Shown here: positions 28,777 to 38,154 of the stretch, piece after piece
Numbering within the stretch: position 1 is the stretch's first letter
Layout of the letters: every line of letters starts with the position of its first letter
Assembly: GCA_007126035.1 (NCBI GenBank)
Contig: SLCC01000066.1
Location: 1,104 to 65,103 of the forward strand
Source: Gemmatimonadota bacterium
GTDB lineage: Bacteria; Gemmatimonadota; Gemmatimonadetes; Longimicrobiales; RSA9
Length of the DNA: 64,000 nt
Reading direction: 5' to 3'
Notes under the pieces: model-generated
The model's input: the letters and a program-made list of their open reading frames with translations, nothing else
Database searches by the model: none
What the model was told of the DNA's origin: nothing
Program-made: the position numbers and the translations under genes

Positions 28777-29205
28777 ATGAAGACGTACACACCGAAAGTC
28801 ACCGAGATCGAGCGGAAATGGTGGGTCGTGGATGCGGAGGACGCGATCCTCGGCCGCCTGGCCAGCCGTGTCGCGCAGGTCTTGCGCGGCAAGCATAAGC
28901 CCATGTGGGCACCGCACATGGACACTGGCGACTACGTGATAGTGGTCAACGCGGACAAGGTCCGGCTGACGGGGAAGAAGGAAGAGCAGAAGACCTACTT
29001 CCGTCACACGGGCTACATGGGTGGGGACAAGCACATACCCTTCCGCAAGATGCAGGAGGAGCATCCTGAGCGGGTGATCGAGCTCGCGGTGAAGGGGATG
29101 TTGCCGAAGAACAACCTTGGCCGCTTGATGCGGAAGAAGCTGAAGGTGTACGCGGGCGTGGAGCATGCCCACGAGGCGCAGCAGCCGGAGAGACTGGAGA
29201 TCTGA
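28777..29205 (+). CDS. rplM: 50S ribosomal protein L13
   Basis: [42 protein letters not shown]... 142 aa. Confidence 0.95.
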   Translation: MKTYTPKVTEIERKWWVVDAEDAILGRLASRVAQVLRGKHKPMWAPHMDTGDYVIVVNADKVRLTGKKEEQKTYFRHTGYMGGDKHIPFRKMQEEHPERVIELAVKGMLPKNNLGRLMRKKLKVYAGVEHAHEAQQPERLEI

Positions 29206-29603
29206 TGGCGACGACGGTTGAGCAGTATCACGGGGTCGGCCGCCGCAAGACCAGCGTCGCGCGGGTCTACCTGCGTCCTGGACGCGGCGAGTGGTTGGTG
29301 AACGAGCGGCCTCTGGCGGAGTATTTCCCCCGGACCTCGCATCAGCAGCATGCTGGCGAGCCGCTGGAGGTAACGGAGAACTCTGGCACGTACGACGTGA
29401 AGGTTGTGGTACGTGGTGGCGGCAAGACGGGCCAGGCTGGAGCGATCCGGCTGGGTGTGGCGCGGGCGCTGCTGCAGCTGGACCCGGAGTACCGTCCCAC
29501 GTTGCGGCAGAAGGGTATGTTGACCCGTGACCCGCGGGAGGTGGAGCGGAAGAAGCCGGGTCGTCCGAAGGCCCGCAAGCGCTTCCAGTTCTCCAAGCGG
29601 TAG
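29205..29603 (+). CDS. rpsI: 30S ribosomal protein S9
   Basis: GVGRRKTSVARVYLRPG...C-terminal PGRPKARKRFQFSKR. Overlaps the rplM stop (ATGA). TAG stop. Confidence 0.95.
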   Translation: MATTVEQYHGVGRRKTSVARVYLRPGRGEWLVNERPLAEYFPRTSHQQHAGEPLEVTENSGTYDVKVVVRGGGKTGQAGAIRLGVARALLQLDPEYRPTLRQKGMLTRDPREVERKKPGRPKARKRFQFSKR

Positions 29604-29810
29604 TCGTCAGGTGCAACGCCTGCTGGACCGCGCAGGTTCGCTCCTCTGGGAGTGGCCTCATGGTATCAGGATGAAGTGGTCGGTCGGTTCAGCCACGGAG
29701 TAGCGAGAAGAGAAAATCACACACCGACCGGACGCGGCGCCGGGGTCCCCGATGGGGCGGCGCCGCGGGGGAAGGCGGTGGACGAGAGAACCCGCGGAGT
29801 GAGAGAACGA

Positions 29811-30788
29811 ATGGCAGTCGCGCCGGAGATCAAGGACCTTCTGGAAGCCGGTGTCCATTTCGGGCACCAGAGCAGCCGCTGGAACCCGAAGATGCGTCAG
29901 TACATCTTCGCCGCCCGCAACGGCATCCACATCATCGACCTGCAGAAGACGCACCGCCTGTTGCAGGAGGCGCAGAAGACGGTGCACGACACGGTCACGG
30001 CTGGCAACCGCGTCCTGTTCGTCTGCACCAAGCGCCAGCTCCGGCAGATCGTGGAGCAGGAGGCGGAGCGGTGCGGCGCGTTCTACGTGACGGAGCGCTG
30101 GCTCGGGGGGATGCTGACCAACTTCCAGACGATCAAGCAGCAGATCCGGCGGCTCAAGGAGCTGGAGCGGGGGATCGAGGAAGGCGCCTACGAGTTCTAC
30201 ACGAAGAAGGAGCAGCTTCTGCTCGAGCGCGAGCGTGAGAAGCTCAACAAGTACCTGGTGGGCGTGAAGGACATGGGTAGGCTGCCGGGTGCCATCTTCG
30301 CTGTGGATGCGCGCAAGGAGTCCATTGCCATCAGGGAGGCGAACAAGCTGGGCATCCCGGTCATCGCCATCACGGACACGAACACCGACCCGGACGTGAT
30401 CGACTACCCGATCCCGGGCAACGATGACGCGATCCGTTCGGTAGCGCTCATCACCGGCGCCATCGCCGACGCCATCGAGCAGGCTCGGCGGGAGATGCCG
30501 GAGGACGTGGTGCGCGAGGACGAGGGTGGGGTGACCTATTCCACCGAGTTGGGAGCTCAGGAGGTCGAGGAGCGGCCGGGCGCGAAGAAGCCGAAGCGTC
30601 GGCCGAAGCGGCGTCGCCCGCGGCCGGAGGTGATAGCTCAGGTCCGTGCGGGTGGGGAGGCGTCGGCCGGGGAGCCGGCCAGCACGGAGCCGGCCAGCAC
30701 GGAGCCGGCCGGGGAGCCGGCCGGAGAGCCGGCCAGCACGGAGCCGGAGGGCGAGGAGAAGGAGCCCGAGGCCGGCGAAGAAGCTTAG
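29811..30788 (+). CDS. rpsB: 30S ribosomal protein S2 with an acidic, repetitive C-terminal extension
   Basis: Start trimmed to ATG 29811 ([28 protein letters not shown]). Motifs GGMLTNFQT and [14 protein letters not shown]. About 75 extra C-terminal residues rich in EPAST/EPAG repeats. Confidence 0.95.
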   Translation: MAVAPEIKDLLEAGVHFGHQSSRWNPKMRQYIFAARNGIHIIDLQKTHRLLQEAQKTVHDTVTAGNRVLFVCTKRQLRQIVEQEAERCGAFYVTERWLGGMLTNFQTIKQQIRRLKELERGIEEGAYEFYTKKEQLLLEREREKLNKYLVGVKDMGRLPGAIFAVDARKESIAIREANKLGIPVIAITDTNTDPDVIDYPIPGNDDAIRSVALITGAIADAIEQARREMPEDVVREDEGGVTYSTELGAQEVEERPGAKKPKRRPKRRRPRPEVIAQVRAGGEASAGEPASTEPASTEPAGEPAGEPASTEPEGEEKEPEAGEEA

Positions 30789-30820
30789 CGCACGCGGTGC
30801 GCCGTGGTTCGGAGTGGATG

Positions 30821-30865
30821 AGCGCCTCAGTGCCGCGAGAGTCGCGGGCTGCGGCGCTTTTTCTT
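30821..30865 (+). terminator. Intrinsic terminator/attenuator between rpsB and tsf
   Basis: Extended imperfect hairpin AGCGCC-t-CAG-tg-[CCGCGA-gag-TCGCGG]-g-CTG-c-GGCGCT, followed by TTTTCTT. Confidence 0.55.
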
Positions 30866-30897
30866 GAACGGGTGGTCCAATACTGGGAAGAGGAACG

Positions 30898-31731
30898 ATG
30901 GGGATCAGCGCGGCAGATGTGAAGGCACTACGGGAGCGTACTGGCGCCGGGATGATGGATTGCAAGAAGGCGCTGCAGGAAACGGGTGGCGACCTGGAGT
31001 CCGCCATCGACCTGCTCCGGTCCCGTGGTGCGGCCAAGGCGGCGAAGCGGGCGGGTCGTGAGACGGCGGAGGGCGCCGTGGCCAGCTACGTGGAGGATGG
31101 TATAGCCAGCCTGGTCGAGTTGAATTGCGAGACGGATTTCGTAGCCCGTACCGACGACTTCCAGGCGGCGACGCGGGACCTGGCCCGGCACGTGGCTCTG
31201 CACGGTGGCGGGATCGACGGCGAGGTCGGCGGCGAGGCGGTGCTGTCGCAGCGTTTCATGGGCGGCGACACCTCGGTGGGCGATACGATCACGGCCGTGT
31301 CGGCCAAGACGGGCGAGAACGTTGTGGTACGTCGGGCTGCCCGGTTCGAGTCGGCCGGCGGTCCGCTGAGCAGCTACGTCCACATGACGGGCAAGATCGG
31401 GGTGCTGGTGGAGTTGGCGGGTGCGGCGGATGTGGATGTGGCCCGCGACGTCGCCATGCACATCGCCGCGGCGAGGCCGCTGGCGGTGACGTCCGCCGAC
31501 ATCCCGGCCGAAGTGGTCGAGCGTGAGCGGGCGGTCTACCTGGAGCAGGTCCGGCAGGAGGGCAAGCCGGAGCATATCCAGGAGAAGATCGTGGAGGGCA
31601 AGCTTCGTAAGTTCTACCAGGAACAGACTCTGATGGAGCAGGCGTTCGTGAGGGATCCGGACCGCACGGTGTCCCAGATGCTTGGTGGTGCCACGGTCAA
31701 GCGGTTCGTCCGCTTCGAGCTCGGGGAGTAG
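30898..31731 (+). CDS. tsf: Elongation factor Ts
   Basis: ISAADVKALRERTGAGMMDCKKALQETGGDLESAIDLLR (UBA-like N-terminus). 277 aa. TAG stop. Confidence 0.95.
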   Translation: MGISAADVKALRERTGAGMMDCKKALQETGGDLESAIDLLRSRGAAKAAKRAGRETAEGAVASYVEDGIASLVELNCETDFVARTDDFQAATRDLARHVALHGGGIDGEVGGEAVLSQRFMGGDTSVGDTITAVSAKTGENVVVRRAARFESAGGPLSSYVHMTGKIGVLVELAGAADVDVARDVAMHIAAARPLAVTSADIPAEVVERERAVYLEQVRQEGKPEHIQEKIVEGKLRKFYQEQTLMEQAFVRDPDRTVSQMLGGATVKRFVRFELGE

Positions 31732-31732
31732 G

Positions 31733-32455
31733 ATGGCTGAAGCGGCGGGGCTCAAGTACGACCGCGTGCTGTTGAAGCTCAGCGGTGAGTCGCTGGCCGG
31801 TGGCGAGGGTTTCGGCATCTCGCCCCATGCCATCGCAAAGCTGACGGGCCAGATCCGGGCGGTCCATGAGATGGGGGTAGCCCTGGGCGTGGTGATCGGC
31901 GGCGGCAACATTGTACGGGGCAGCCAGGCCAGCGCCCAGGGTATGGACCGGGTCAACGCCGACTACATGGGCATGCTGGCCACGATCATCAACGCCCTAG
32001 CGCTCCAGGACGTCCTGGAGCGCACGGGCGTGGAGACCCGGGTGATGACTGCCATCAGGATGGAGCAGCTGGCGGAACCGTACATCCGTCGGCGTGCGCT
32101 GCGCCACCTGGACAAGGGCCGGGTGGTCCTGTTCGCCGGTGGCACTGGCAACCCCTACTTTTCCACTGACACTGCGGCGGTGCTGCGCGCCATAGAGATG
32201 CAGGCCAGTGTCCTGATAAAGGCTACCAAGGTGCAGGGGGTGTACAGCGCGGACCCGAAGCGGTACCCCGACGCCGAGTTCTTCCCTCGTCTCAGCTTCA
32301 TGGATGTGATGACCCGGGAGCTCAAGGTAATGGATGCCGCAGCTGTATCCCTGTGCAAGGAAAACGACCTGCCCATCATCGTGCTGGATATCGAGGCGCC
32401 CAGCGCCGTCGTGAGCGCCATCCGGGGCAATGACGTGGGAACGCTGGTCTCCTGA
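31733..32455 (+). CDS. pyrH: UMP kinase
   Basis: Start trimmed to ATG 31733. YDRVLLKLSGESLAG..., VIGGGNIVRG, FAGGTGNPYFSTDTAA. Confidence 0.95.
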   Translation: MAEAAGLKYDRVLLKLSGESLAGGEGFGISPHAIAKLTGQIRAVHEMGVALGVVIGGGNIVRGSQASAQGMDRVNADYMGMLATIINALALQDVLERTGVETRVMTAIRMEQLAEPYIRRRALRHLDKGRVVLFAGGTGNPYFSTDTAAVLRAIEMQASVLIKATKVQGVYSADPKRYPDAEFFPRLSFMDVMTRELKVMDAAAVSLCKENDLPIIVLDIEAPSAVVSAIRGNDVGTLVS

Positions 32456-32514
32456 GGCCGGTGCTCGTATCATAGCAGCGCCAGGTGCCCCGGGATTCAC
32501 AGAGAGGTGTGTCG

Positions 32515-33066
32515 ATGCCAGTGATCGATCAAGTGCGTGACCAGATGGAAGCCGCCGTGGACGCCATGCGGCGGGAGTTCGCCTCAGTCCGTACCGGCAA
32601 GGCCTCGCCGGCACTGTTGGACACTGTCCGGGTAGACGCATACGGTGCCAAGACACCGCTGAACCAGGTAGCCTCGATCAACACGCCGGAGCCCCGGCTC
32701 ATCGTGGTCCAGCCGTGGGACAAGTCACTGATCGGGGACATTGAGCGGGCGATCCGTGCCGCGGACCTGGGCCTCAACCCGTCGAACGACGGCAACGTCA
32801 TCCGGGTACCGATCCCGCCGTTGAGCGAGGAGCGCCGCAAGGACATGGTCCGTCTCCTGCACAGGATAGCCGAGGAGGGCCGGATCAGCGTGCGACACGC
32901 CCGCCAGGAAGCGAACAAGGACATCAAGCGTCAGGAATCAGAGCACGAGATCAGCGAGGACGAGGCGCGCCGTCAGCTGGCGGAGGTGCAGCGCCTGACC
33001 GACGAGTACGTGGGTCGGATCGATGACCTGATGCAGTCGAAGGAGGCGGAGATCCTGGAGGTCTGA
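32515..33066 (+). CDS. frr: Ribosome recycling factor
   Basis: Start trimmed to ATG 32515. REFASVRTGKASPALLD, NPSNDGNVIRVPIPPLSEERRKD. Confidence 0.95.
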   Translation: MPVIDQVRDQMEAAVDAMRREFASVRTGKASPALLDTVRVDAYGAKTPLNQVASINTPEPRLIVVQPWDKSLIGDIERAIRAADLGLNPSNDGNVIRVPIPPLSEERRKDMVRLLHRIAEEGRISVRHARQEANKDIKRQESEHEISEDEARRQLAEVQRLTDEYVGRIDDLMQSKEAEILEV

Positions 33067-33108
33067 CGCCCACCGCGTCTCCTCTTCTCCTCGCAGTACC
33101 GAGAGCAG

Positions 33109-33852
33109 ATGGAACCCAGCGCAATCGAGCAGCTCCGCAGCGGTGGGCGGCTACCCGGCCACGTGGCCATCATCATGGATGGCAATGGCCGCTGGGCCGG
33201 TGCCCGGGGTCTGCCCCGATATCGGGGGCACCGGGCCGGCGCTCGGGCGGTGCGGGAGGTCATCGAGGGTGCGGTCGAGGCGGGTGTGCCCATCCTGACG
33301 TTGTTCGCGTTCTCACAGGAGAACTGGCAGCGGCCGCCACGAGAGGTGAGCGCTCTCATGGCGTTGCTGCAGCAGTATGTGAAGAAGGAACGGGACGAGC
33401 TCCGGGAGCAGGGTGTGCGGGTGCGCATCTTCGGTGACCTGGAGCGAATGGAGTCGGGCCCCCGGGCCGCGATCGCCGAGATCGAGGAGGCAACGCTCGG
33501 GGGACGGATCCTGCAGTTGAACCTGATGATAAGCTACAGCGGCCGGATGGAGATCGTCCGCGCGGCCCGTTCCCTGGCCGCCGACGTCGCCGCTGGCCTG
33601 CTGGACCCGGCTCACATAGACGAGGCCGTGTTCGCGGCCCGCCTCTTCACCGGCAGCCAGCCGGACCCGGACCTGCTGATCCGCACATCGGGTGAACAGC
33701 GGGTCAGCAACTTCATGCTCTGGCAGGTGGCCTATACGGAGCTGCACATCACGCCCACGCTCTGGCCGGACTTTACCCGTCAGGATCTGTTCGAGGCCAT
33801 CATCGAGTACCAGAAACGGGAGCGGCGCTTCGGCCGCATCGGCGCCACCTGA
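33109..33852 (+). CDS. uppS: Undecaprenyl (isoprenyl) diphosphate synthase
   Basis: HVAIIMDGNGRWA, LTLFAFSQENWQRP, IRTSGEQRVSNFMLWQ. Confidence 0.95.
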   Translation: MEPSAIEQLRSGGRLPGHVAIIMDGNGRWAGARGLPRYRGHRAGARAVREVIEGAVEAGVPILTLFAFSQENWQRPPREVSALMALLQQYVKKERDELREQGVRVRIFGDLERMESGPRAAIAEIEEATLGGRILQLNLMISYSGRMEIVRAARSLAADVAAGLLDPAHIDEAVFAARLFTGSQPDPDLLIRTSGEQRVSNFMLWQVAYTELHITPTLWPDFTRQDLFEAIIEYQKRERRFGRIGAT

Positions 33853-33856
33853 CGCC

Positions 33857-34750
33857 ATGGCCGCTGGCGAGCTCACCAAACGTGTCGCAGTGGCGGCGGT
33901 GGGTATTCCCCTCGTCGCCCTGGCCCTCTACTTGGGCCGCTGGGCATTGGGTCCCGCCCTGGCGATCCTCTCTGCGGGTGCGGCGCTGGAGTTCTACAGA
34001 CTGGTCCAGCGACAGGACATTCACGCCCTGCGTGTGGCTGGCGCCCTGGCCGCCGCGGTCATGGTCCTGATTCCCACCGTCCTGCCCACCGTCTCCGCCG
34101 CGGCGCCGCTGCTCTGGAGCGGCACGTTCTTGTTCGTGCTGCTGATAGCCGTGCTGACGATATGGCAGCGGGGCCCGGACGGCAGGCCGTTCCTGACCCT
34201 GGCGGTAACAGTTGCCGGAGCGCTGATCCCGGCGGCGGCCATGGGTCACGCCATCTTCCTCCGGCATCTGCCGCTGACGCCGCCCGACGCGGCGCCCGTG
34301 GCCTGGTCGACCCTGGTAGGCTTCTCGCTGGTCGCCTATGCGCTGCTGGTGACATGGGCCACCGATTCGGCGGCCTTCTTCGCCGGCAAGCGTTGGGGCA
34401 AACGTCGTCTCATACCGCGGGTAAGTCCGAAGAAGACTGTGGTGGGCGCGGTGGCCGGTCTGGTCGGGGGGCTGCTTGCCGGCTGGGTTGTCGGTCATCT
34501 GGTGCTGGCCAACTGGCTGGGCGTGCCCCTGCACCCGCTGGCCGTGGCGCTCGGGGGACTGCTGCTGAGCGCCGTCTCCCAGGTGGGCGACCTGGCGGCG
34601 TCGGTCTGGAAGCGGGAGGCGGGGGTGAAGGACTCGGGCACGTTCTTCCCTGGCCATGGTGGGATCATCGATCGGATGGACTCCCTCCTCTTCACCATAC
34701 CCGGCACGTACTGGCTGATGTGGATCATGTTGGGCGGAGGTGGCGCGTGA
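33857..34750 (+). CDS. cdsA: Phosphatidate cytidylyltransferase
   Basis: Start trimmed to ATG 33857. Multi-TM protein. CTP-transferase signature SQVGDLAASVWKREAGVKDSGTFFPGHGGIIDRMDS. Confidence 0.85.
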   Translation: MAAGELTKRVAVAAVGIPLVALALYLGRWALGPALAILSAGAALEFYRLVQRQDIHALRVAGALAAAVMVLIPTVLPTVSAAAPLLWSGTFLFVLLIAVLTIWQRGPDGRPFLTLAVTVAGALIPAAAMGHAIFLRHLPLTPPDAAPVAWSTLVGFSLVAYALLVTWATDSAAFFAGKRWGKRRLIPRVSPKKTVVGAVAGLVGGLLAGWVVGHLVLANWLGVPLHPLAVALGGLLLSAVSQVGDLAASVWKREAGVKDSGTFFPGHGGIIDRMDSLLFTIPGTYWLMWIMLGGGGA

Positions 34751-35877
34751 TCGGGGTGTCCGTGCTGGGCTCCACGGGCTCCATCGGCCGGAGCACCCTG
34801 GCGGTCCTGGAACGTCACCGGGACCGTTTCCGTGTGGTGGCCCTCGCGGCCAGGCACAACCGGGAGCTGCTGGAGGCGCAGGAAGCCCGGTTCCGACCGG
34901 TTCTCACGGTACTGACGGAACCGGCGGCCGGTGCCCCGGACCACTGGGCCACAGAGGATGAGGGCCTGGTAGCCGCCGCGACCCACCCGGACGCCCGCAT
35001 CGTAGTCAATGCCGTGGTCGGTGCCGCCGGGCTCGAGGCGACGCTGGCGGCGCTGGAGTCGGGCAAGCGGCTGGCCCTGGCTAACAAGGAGTCGCTGGTG
35101 GCCGGCGGGCCACTGGTCCTGGACGCACTGAGCCGCGGTGGCGGCGAGCTGATCCCGGTGGACAGCGAGCACAGCGCTATCCTCCAGTGCCTGCCCGGCG
35201 GCGCTCCCCTCGGCGTCCGGCGCCTGATCCTCACCGCCTCCGGTGGCGCGTTCCGGGAATGGCCCCAGGAGCGGTTGGAGACGGTCACGCCCCTGGACGC
35301 GCTGCGCCACCCGACCTGGGACATGGGTCCCAAGATCACGGTGGACTCTGCCACGTTGGCCAACAAGGCGCTGGAGGTGGTGGAAGCCTACTTCCTGTTC
35401 GATCTGCCCTACGATCGGCTCGAGACGGTGGTGCACCCCCAGTCCATCGTCCACTCAATGGTGGAGTTCGAGGACGGCTCTGTGCTCTCGCAGATGGGGT
35501 TCCCCACCATGGAGCTGCCGATCCTGTACGCACTAACTCACCCAGACCGGGTACCAGACGGTGTTCGGCCGTTCGACCCGGTGAAAGCGGGGCCGCTCAC
35601 CTTCGAGCCGGTGGACCACGACCGGTTCCCGACGTTCGGGTTGGGCGTAGCGGCAGGTCGTGCGGGCGGAACAGGCCCTGCGGCGTTCAACGCAGGCAAC
35701 GAGGTCGCCGTGGCGGCGTTCCTCGGTGGGGTCGTGCGTTTTGTCGACATACCGAGGGTCATAGAACGTACACTGGAAGCGTGCGGCACGTCGCCGATCC
35801 GTAGCCTGGACGACGTACGCACCGCAGACCGCGCGGCGCGGGAGCGGGCGCGCGCCATCATTGAGGAGTTGAAGTGA
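34747..35877 (+). CDS. dxr: 1-deoxy-D-xylulose-5-phosphate reductoisomerase
   Basis: GTG 34747 overlaps the cdsA stop (GTGA). VLGSTGSIGRSTL, LANKESLV, PVDSEHSAI, HPTWDMGPKITVDSAT. Confidence 0.9.
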   Translation: MIGVSVLGSTGSIGRSTLAVLERHRDRFRVVALAARHNRELLEAQEARFRPVLTVLTEPAAGAPDHWATEDEGLVAAATHPDARIVVNAVVGAAGLEATLAALESGKRLALANKESLVAGGPLVLDALSRGGGELIPVDSEHSAILQCLPGGAPLGVRRLILTASGGAFREWPQERLETVTPLDALRHPTWDMGPKITVDSATLANKALEVVEAYFLFDLPYDRLETVVHPQSIVHSMVEFEDGSVLSQMGFPTMELPILYALTHPDRVPDGVRPFDPVKAGPLTFEPVDHDRFPTFGLGVAAGRAGGTGPAAFNAGNEVAVAAFLGGVVRFVDIPRVIERTLEACGTSPIRSLDDVRTADRAARERARAIIEELK

Positions 35878-37211
35878 TCTCGATCCTGGCAACCATAGTC
35901 ATCCTGGGCGTGCTCATTTTCGTCCATGAGCTGGGGCATTTCGCCACGGCCAAGTGGGCGGGGATAGAGGTGCCCCGGTTCTCCATCGGCTTGGGGCCCA
36001 AAGCGGTGGGATTCACCCGGGGCGAGACGGAGTACGTCATCTCCTGGGTCCCTCTGGGCGGCTACGTCCGGATGGCCGGGATGGAGGACATGGAAGCCCT
36101 GGAAGGCGAGCATGATTCCGAGCCGGCCCGGCGGAAGGGCCGGACCTTCGAGTCCAAGTCCCTACCGGTCCGGGCCATAGTCATCGCCGCGGGCGTGATC
36201 ATGAACGTGATCTTCGCCTGGTTCCTCTACACCGTGATCGCCATGGGCTGGGGTATCGGTGTCACACCGGGCCCCGTGATAGGCGATGTGGCGGAGGAGA
36301 TGGTCCCGCCGGAGGCCGCGGCGCTCCTGGACATTCCCCTGGGGGCACGGGTCGCCACGGTCAACGCTCAGCCGGTGGAAGACTTCTCGGACGTGCAGCG
36401 GTTCATGGCCATGGCCCGGGACACGGTGCGCCTGGAGTTCGAGAACGCTCCCGCCGTGACGGTCCCGGTCCCGGGCCCCGATACGGAGCGGGCGGACATG
36501 GTGCTGTCCCTGCGGCCGAGGCTGCCGACGCCGGCGGTGGTCGATCAGGTCGAGGAGGGCTCGCCAGCGGCCGAAGCGGGTCTGCGACCGGGTGACCGGA
36601 TAGTGGCCGTAGCCGGCCAGCCGGTGGAAGATTGGCAGGAGCTGGTTGCGGCCATCGAGAGGCGCCCCGGCCAGTCGACGCCCATCACCGTGGAGCGGGA
36701 CCAGGAGCGGCTCGAGCTGAGCGTTACGCCGGAGGCCCGGGAGGTAGCCGCCGCCGACTATCCGGTGGGCCGGGTGGGGATAGGGCAGGCGGCCGTGCCG
36801 CGGGAGCGACTGGGCCCGGTGGCGGCGGCGGCGTGGGGTGGTCAGGAGGTGGTCCGGATCACCCGGCTCATCCTGGATTTCCTCCGGGGACTGTTCACCG
36901 GAGCGGCGTCGCCACGCGACGTGGGCGGGCCCATCCTGATCTACCAGATAACCGATCAGGTGGCGCGGATCGGGCTCGTGGCGTTCCTGGATTTCATGGC
37001 CCTGTTCTCTATCAATCTGGCCATCCTCAACCTGCTGCCCATCCCGATCCTGGACGGCGGTCAGCTCGTGTTCCTGGCGGTGGAGGGCATACGTGGCAAG
37101 CCGCTCACCGTGGAGCAGAGGATTCGGCTGAGCCAGCTCGGCCTGGTGCTCATCGTTGGTATCATGGTCTGGGCCCTGGCCAACGACTTCCTCAGACTGT
37201 TCGGGCTCTGA
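35874..37211 (+). CDS. rseP: RIP metalloprotease RseP (site-2 protease, M50)
   Basis: GTGA overlap with dxr. HELGHF zinc motif. PDZ region. C-terminal NLLPIPILDGG. Confidence 0.9.
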   Translation: MISILATIVILGVLIFVHELGHFATAKWAGIEVPRFSIGLGPKAVGFTRGETEYVISWVPLGGYVRMAGMEDMEALEGEHDSEPARRKGRTFESKSLPVRAIVIAAGVIMNVIFAWFLYTVIAMGWGIGVTPGPVIGDVAEEMVPPEAAALLDIPLGARVATVNAQPVEDFSDVQRFMAMARDTVRLEFENAPAVTVPVPGPDTERADMVLSLRPRLPTPAVVDQVEEGSPAAEAGLRPGDRIVAVAGQPVEDWQELVAAIERRPGQSTPITVERDQERLELSVTPEAREVAAADYPVGRVGIGQAAVPRERLGPVAAAAWGGQEVVRITRLILDFLRGLFTGAASPRDVGGPILIYQITDQVARIGLVAFLDFMALFSINLAILNLLPIPILDGGQLVFLAVEGIRGKPLTVEQRIRLSQLGLVLIVGIMVWALANDFLRLFGL

Positions 37212-37223
37212 GGAGCCGGCGCG

Positions 37224-38045
37224 CTACAGCAGGCTGAGCTGGGCGGGCGCGAGCCGGGCCCGGAGCGCCTCGACCTCGATGGGCTCCCTGGGCTCATCCT
37301 GGTCCGCCACGTCCAGGAGACCGCGGTAGCTACGGGCGCCCAGGCTGGACTCTACCACCGCGTGGGCCATGGCTGGCTCATTGCACGAGTCGCTCAGGTG
37401 CGCCAGGACCACCCCGGCCAGGTCCGGGTGATACAACTCGTCCGCCAGCTCCGCCGCCGCCCGGTTGGACAGGTGCCCGTGGCTCGACGCGATGCGCTGC
37501 TTGACCGACCAGGGGTAGGGGCCGTTCCAGAGCAGGGCGTCGTCGTGGTTCGCCTCCAGCACCAGGATGTGGCAGGCGGCCAGCGCCGCCCGCACGCTGG
37601 TGGTCGGTCGGCCCAGGTCGGTGGCAACGCCGAGCTTCGAGCCCGTCAGCGTGTCGGTGACGGTCACCGCCACCGGGTCCACCGCGTCGTGGAGGGTGAG
37701 GAACGGCTCCACCAGGAGCGGGCCCAGATTGAAGGGCGACGGGGAGTGGTACTCCGTTACCTTCTCATCGCCCCGGAGCAGCCCCTGGCACGCCCTGCGA
37801 GTGGTGGGCGTCAGGTGGAGCGGCGTGCCGAAGCGCCGGGCAAAGATCCCCATGCCACGGGTATGATCGCCGTGGTCGTGGGTGATGAGGAGTGCGTCCA
37901 CCGACTCGGGGTCAACCTCCACTGCCGCCATCCGACGGGCCAGGTCCTTGCCGCTGAAGCCGGCGTCGATGAGCAGCCGGACTCCGTCCGCTTCCACCAG
38001 TATGGCGTTCCCTCGACTGCCGCTGCCCAGGACCGTGACGCGCAT
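37224..38045 (-). CDS. MBL-fold metallo-hydrolase
   Basis: MRVTVLGSGSRGNA...ITHDHGDHTRG (HxHxDH). 273 aa. Confidence 0.8.
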   Translation of the reverse strand: MRVTVLGSGSRGNAILVEADGVRLLIDAGFSGKDLARRMAAVEVDPESVDALLITHDHGDHTRGMGIFARRFGTPLHLTPTTRRACQGLLRGDEKVTEYHSPSPFNLGPLLVEPFLTLHDAVDPVAVTVTDTLTGSKLGVATDLGRPTTSVRAALAACHILVLEANHDDALLWNGPYPWSVKQRIASSHGHLSNRAAAELADELYHPDLAGVVLAHLSDSCNEPAMAHAVVESSLGARSYRGLLDVADQDEPREPIEVEALRARLAPAQLSLL

Positions 38046-38154
38046 CCGGTAAGCTCGGCAGTGGGGCAGGAGGTGTCAACGGCGGGTCGCAAGTCGATGC
38101 TCCCCAGCTGCGCGGGCGACTGGGTGGGAGGTCAGCAGACGGGGCGGCCGAGGC

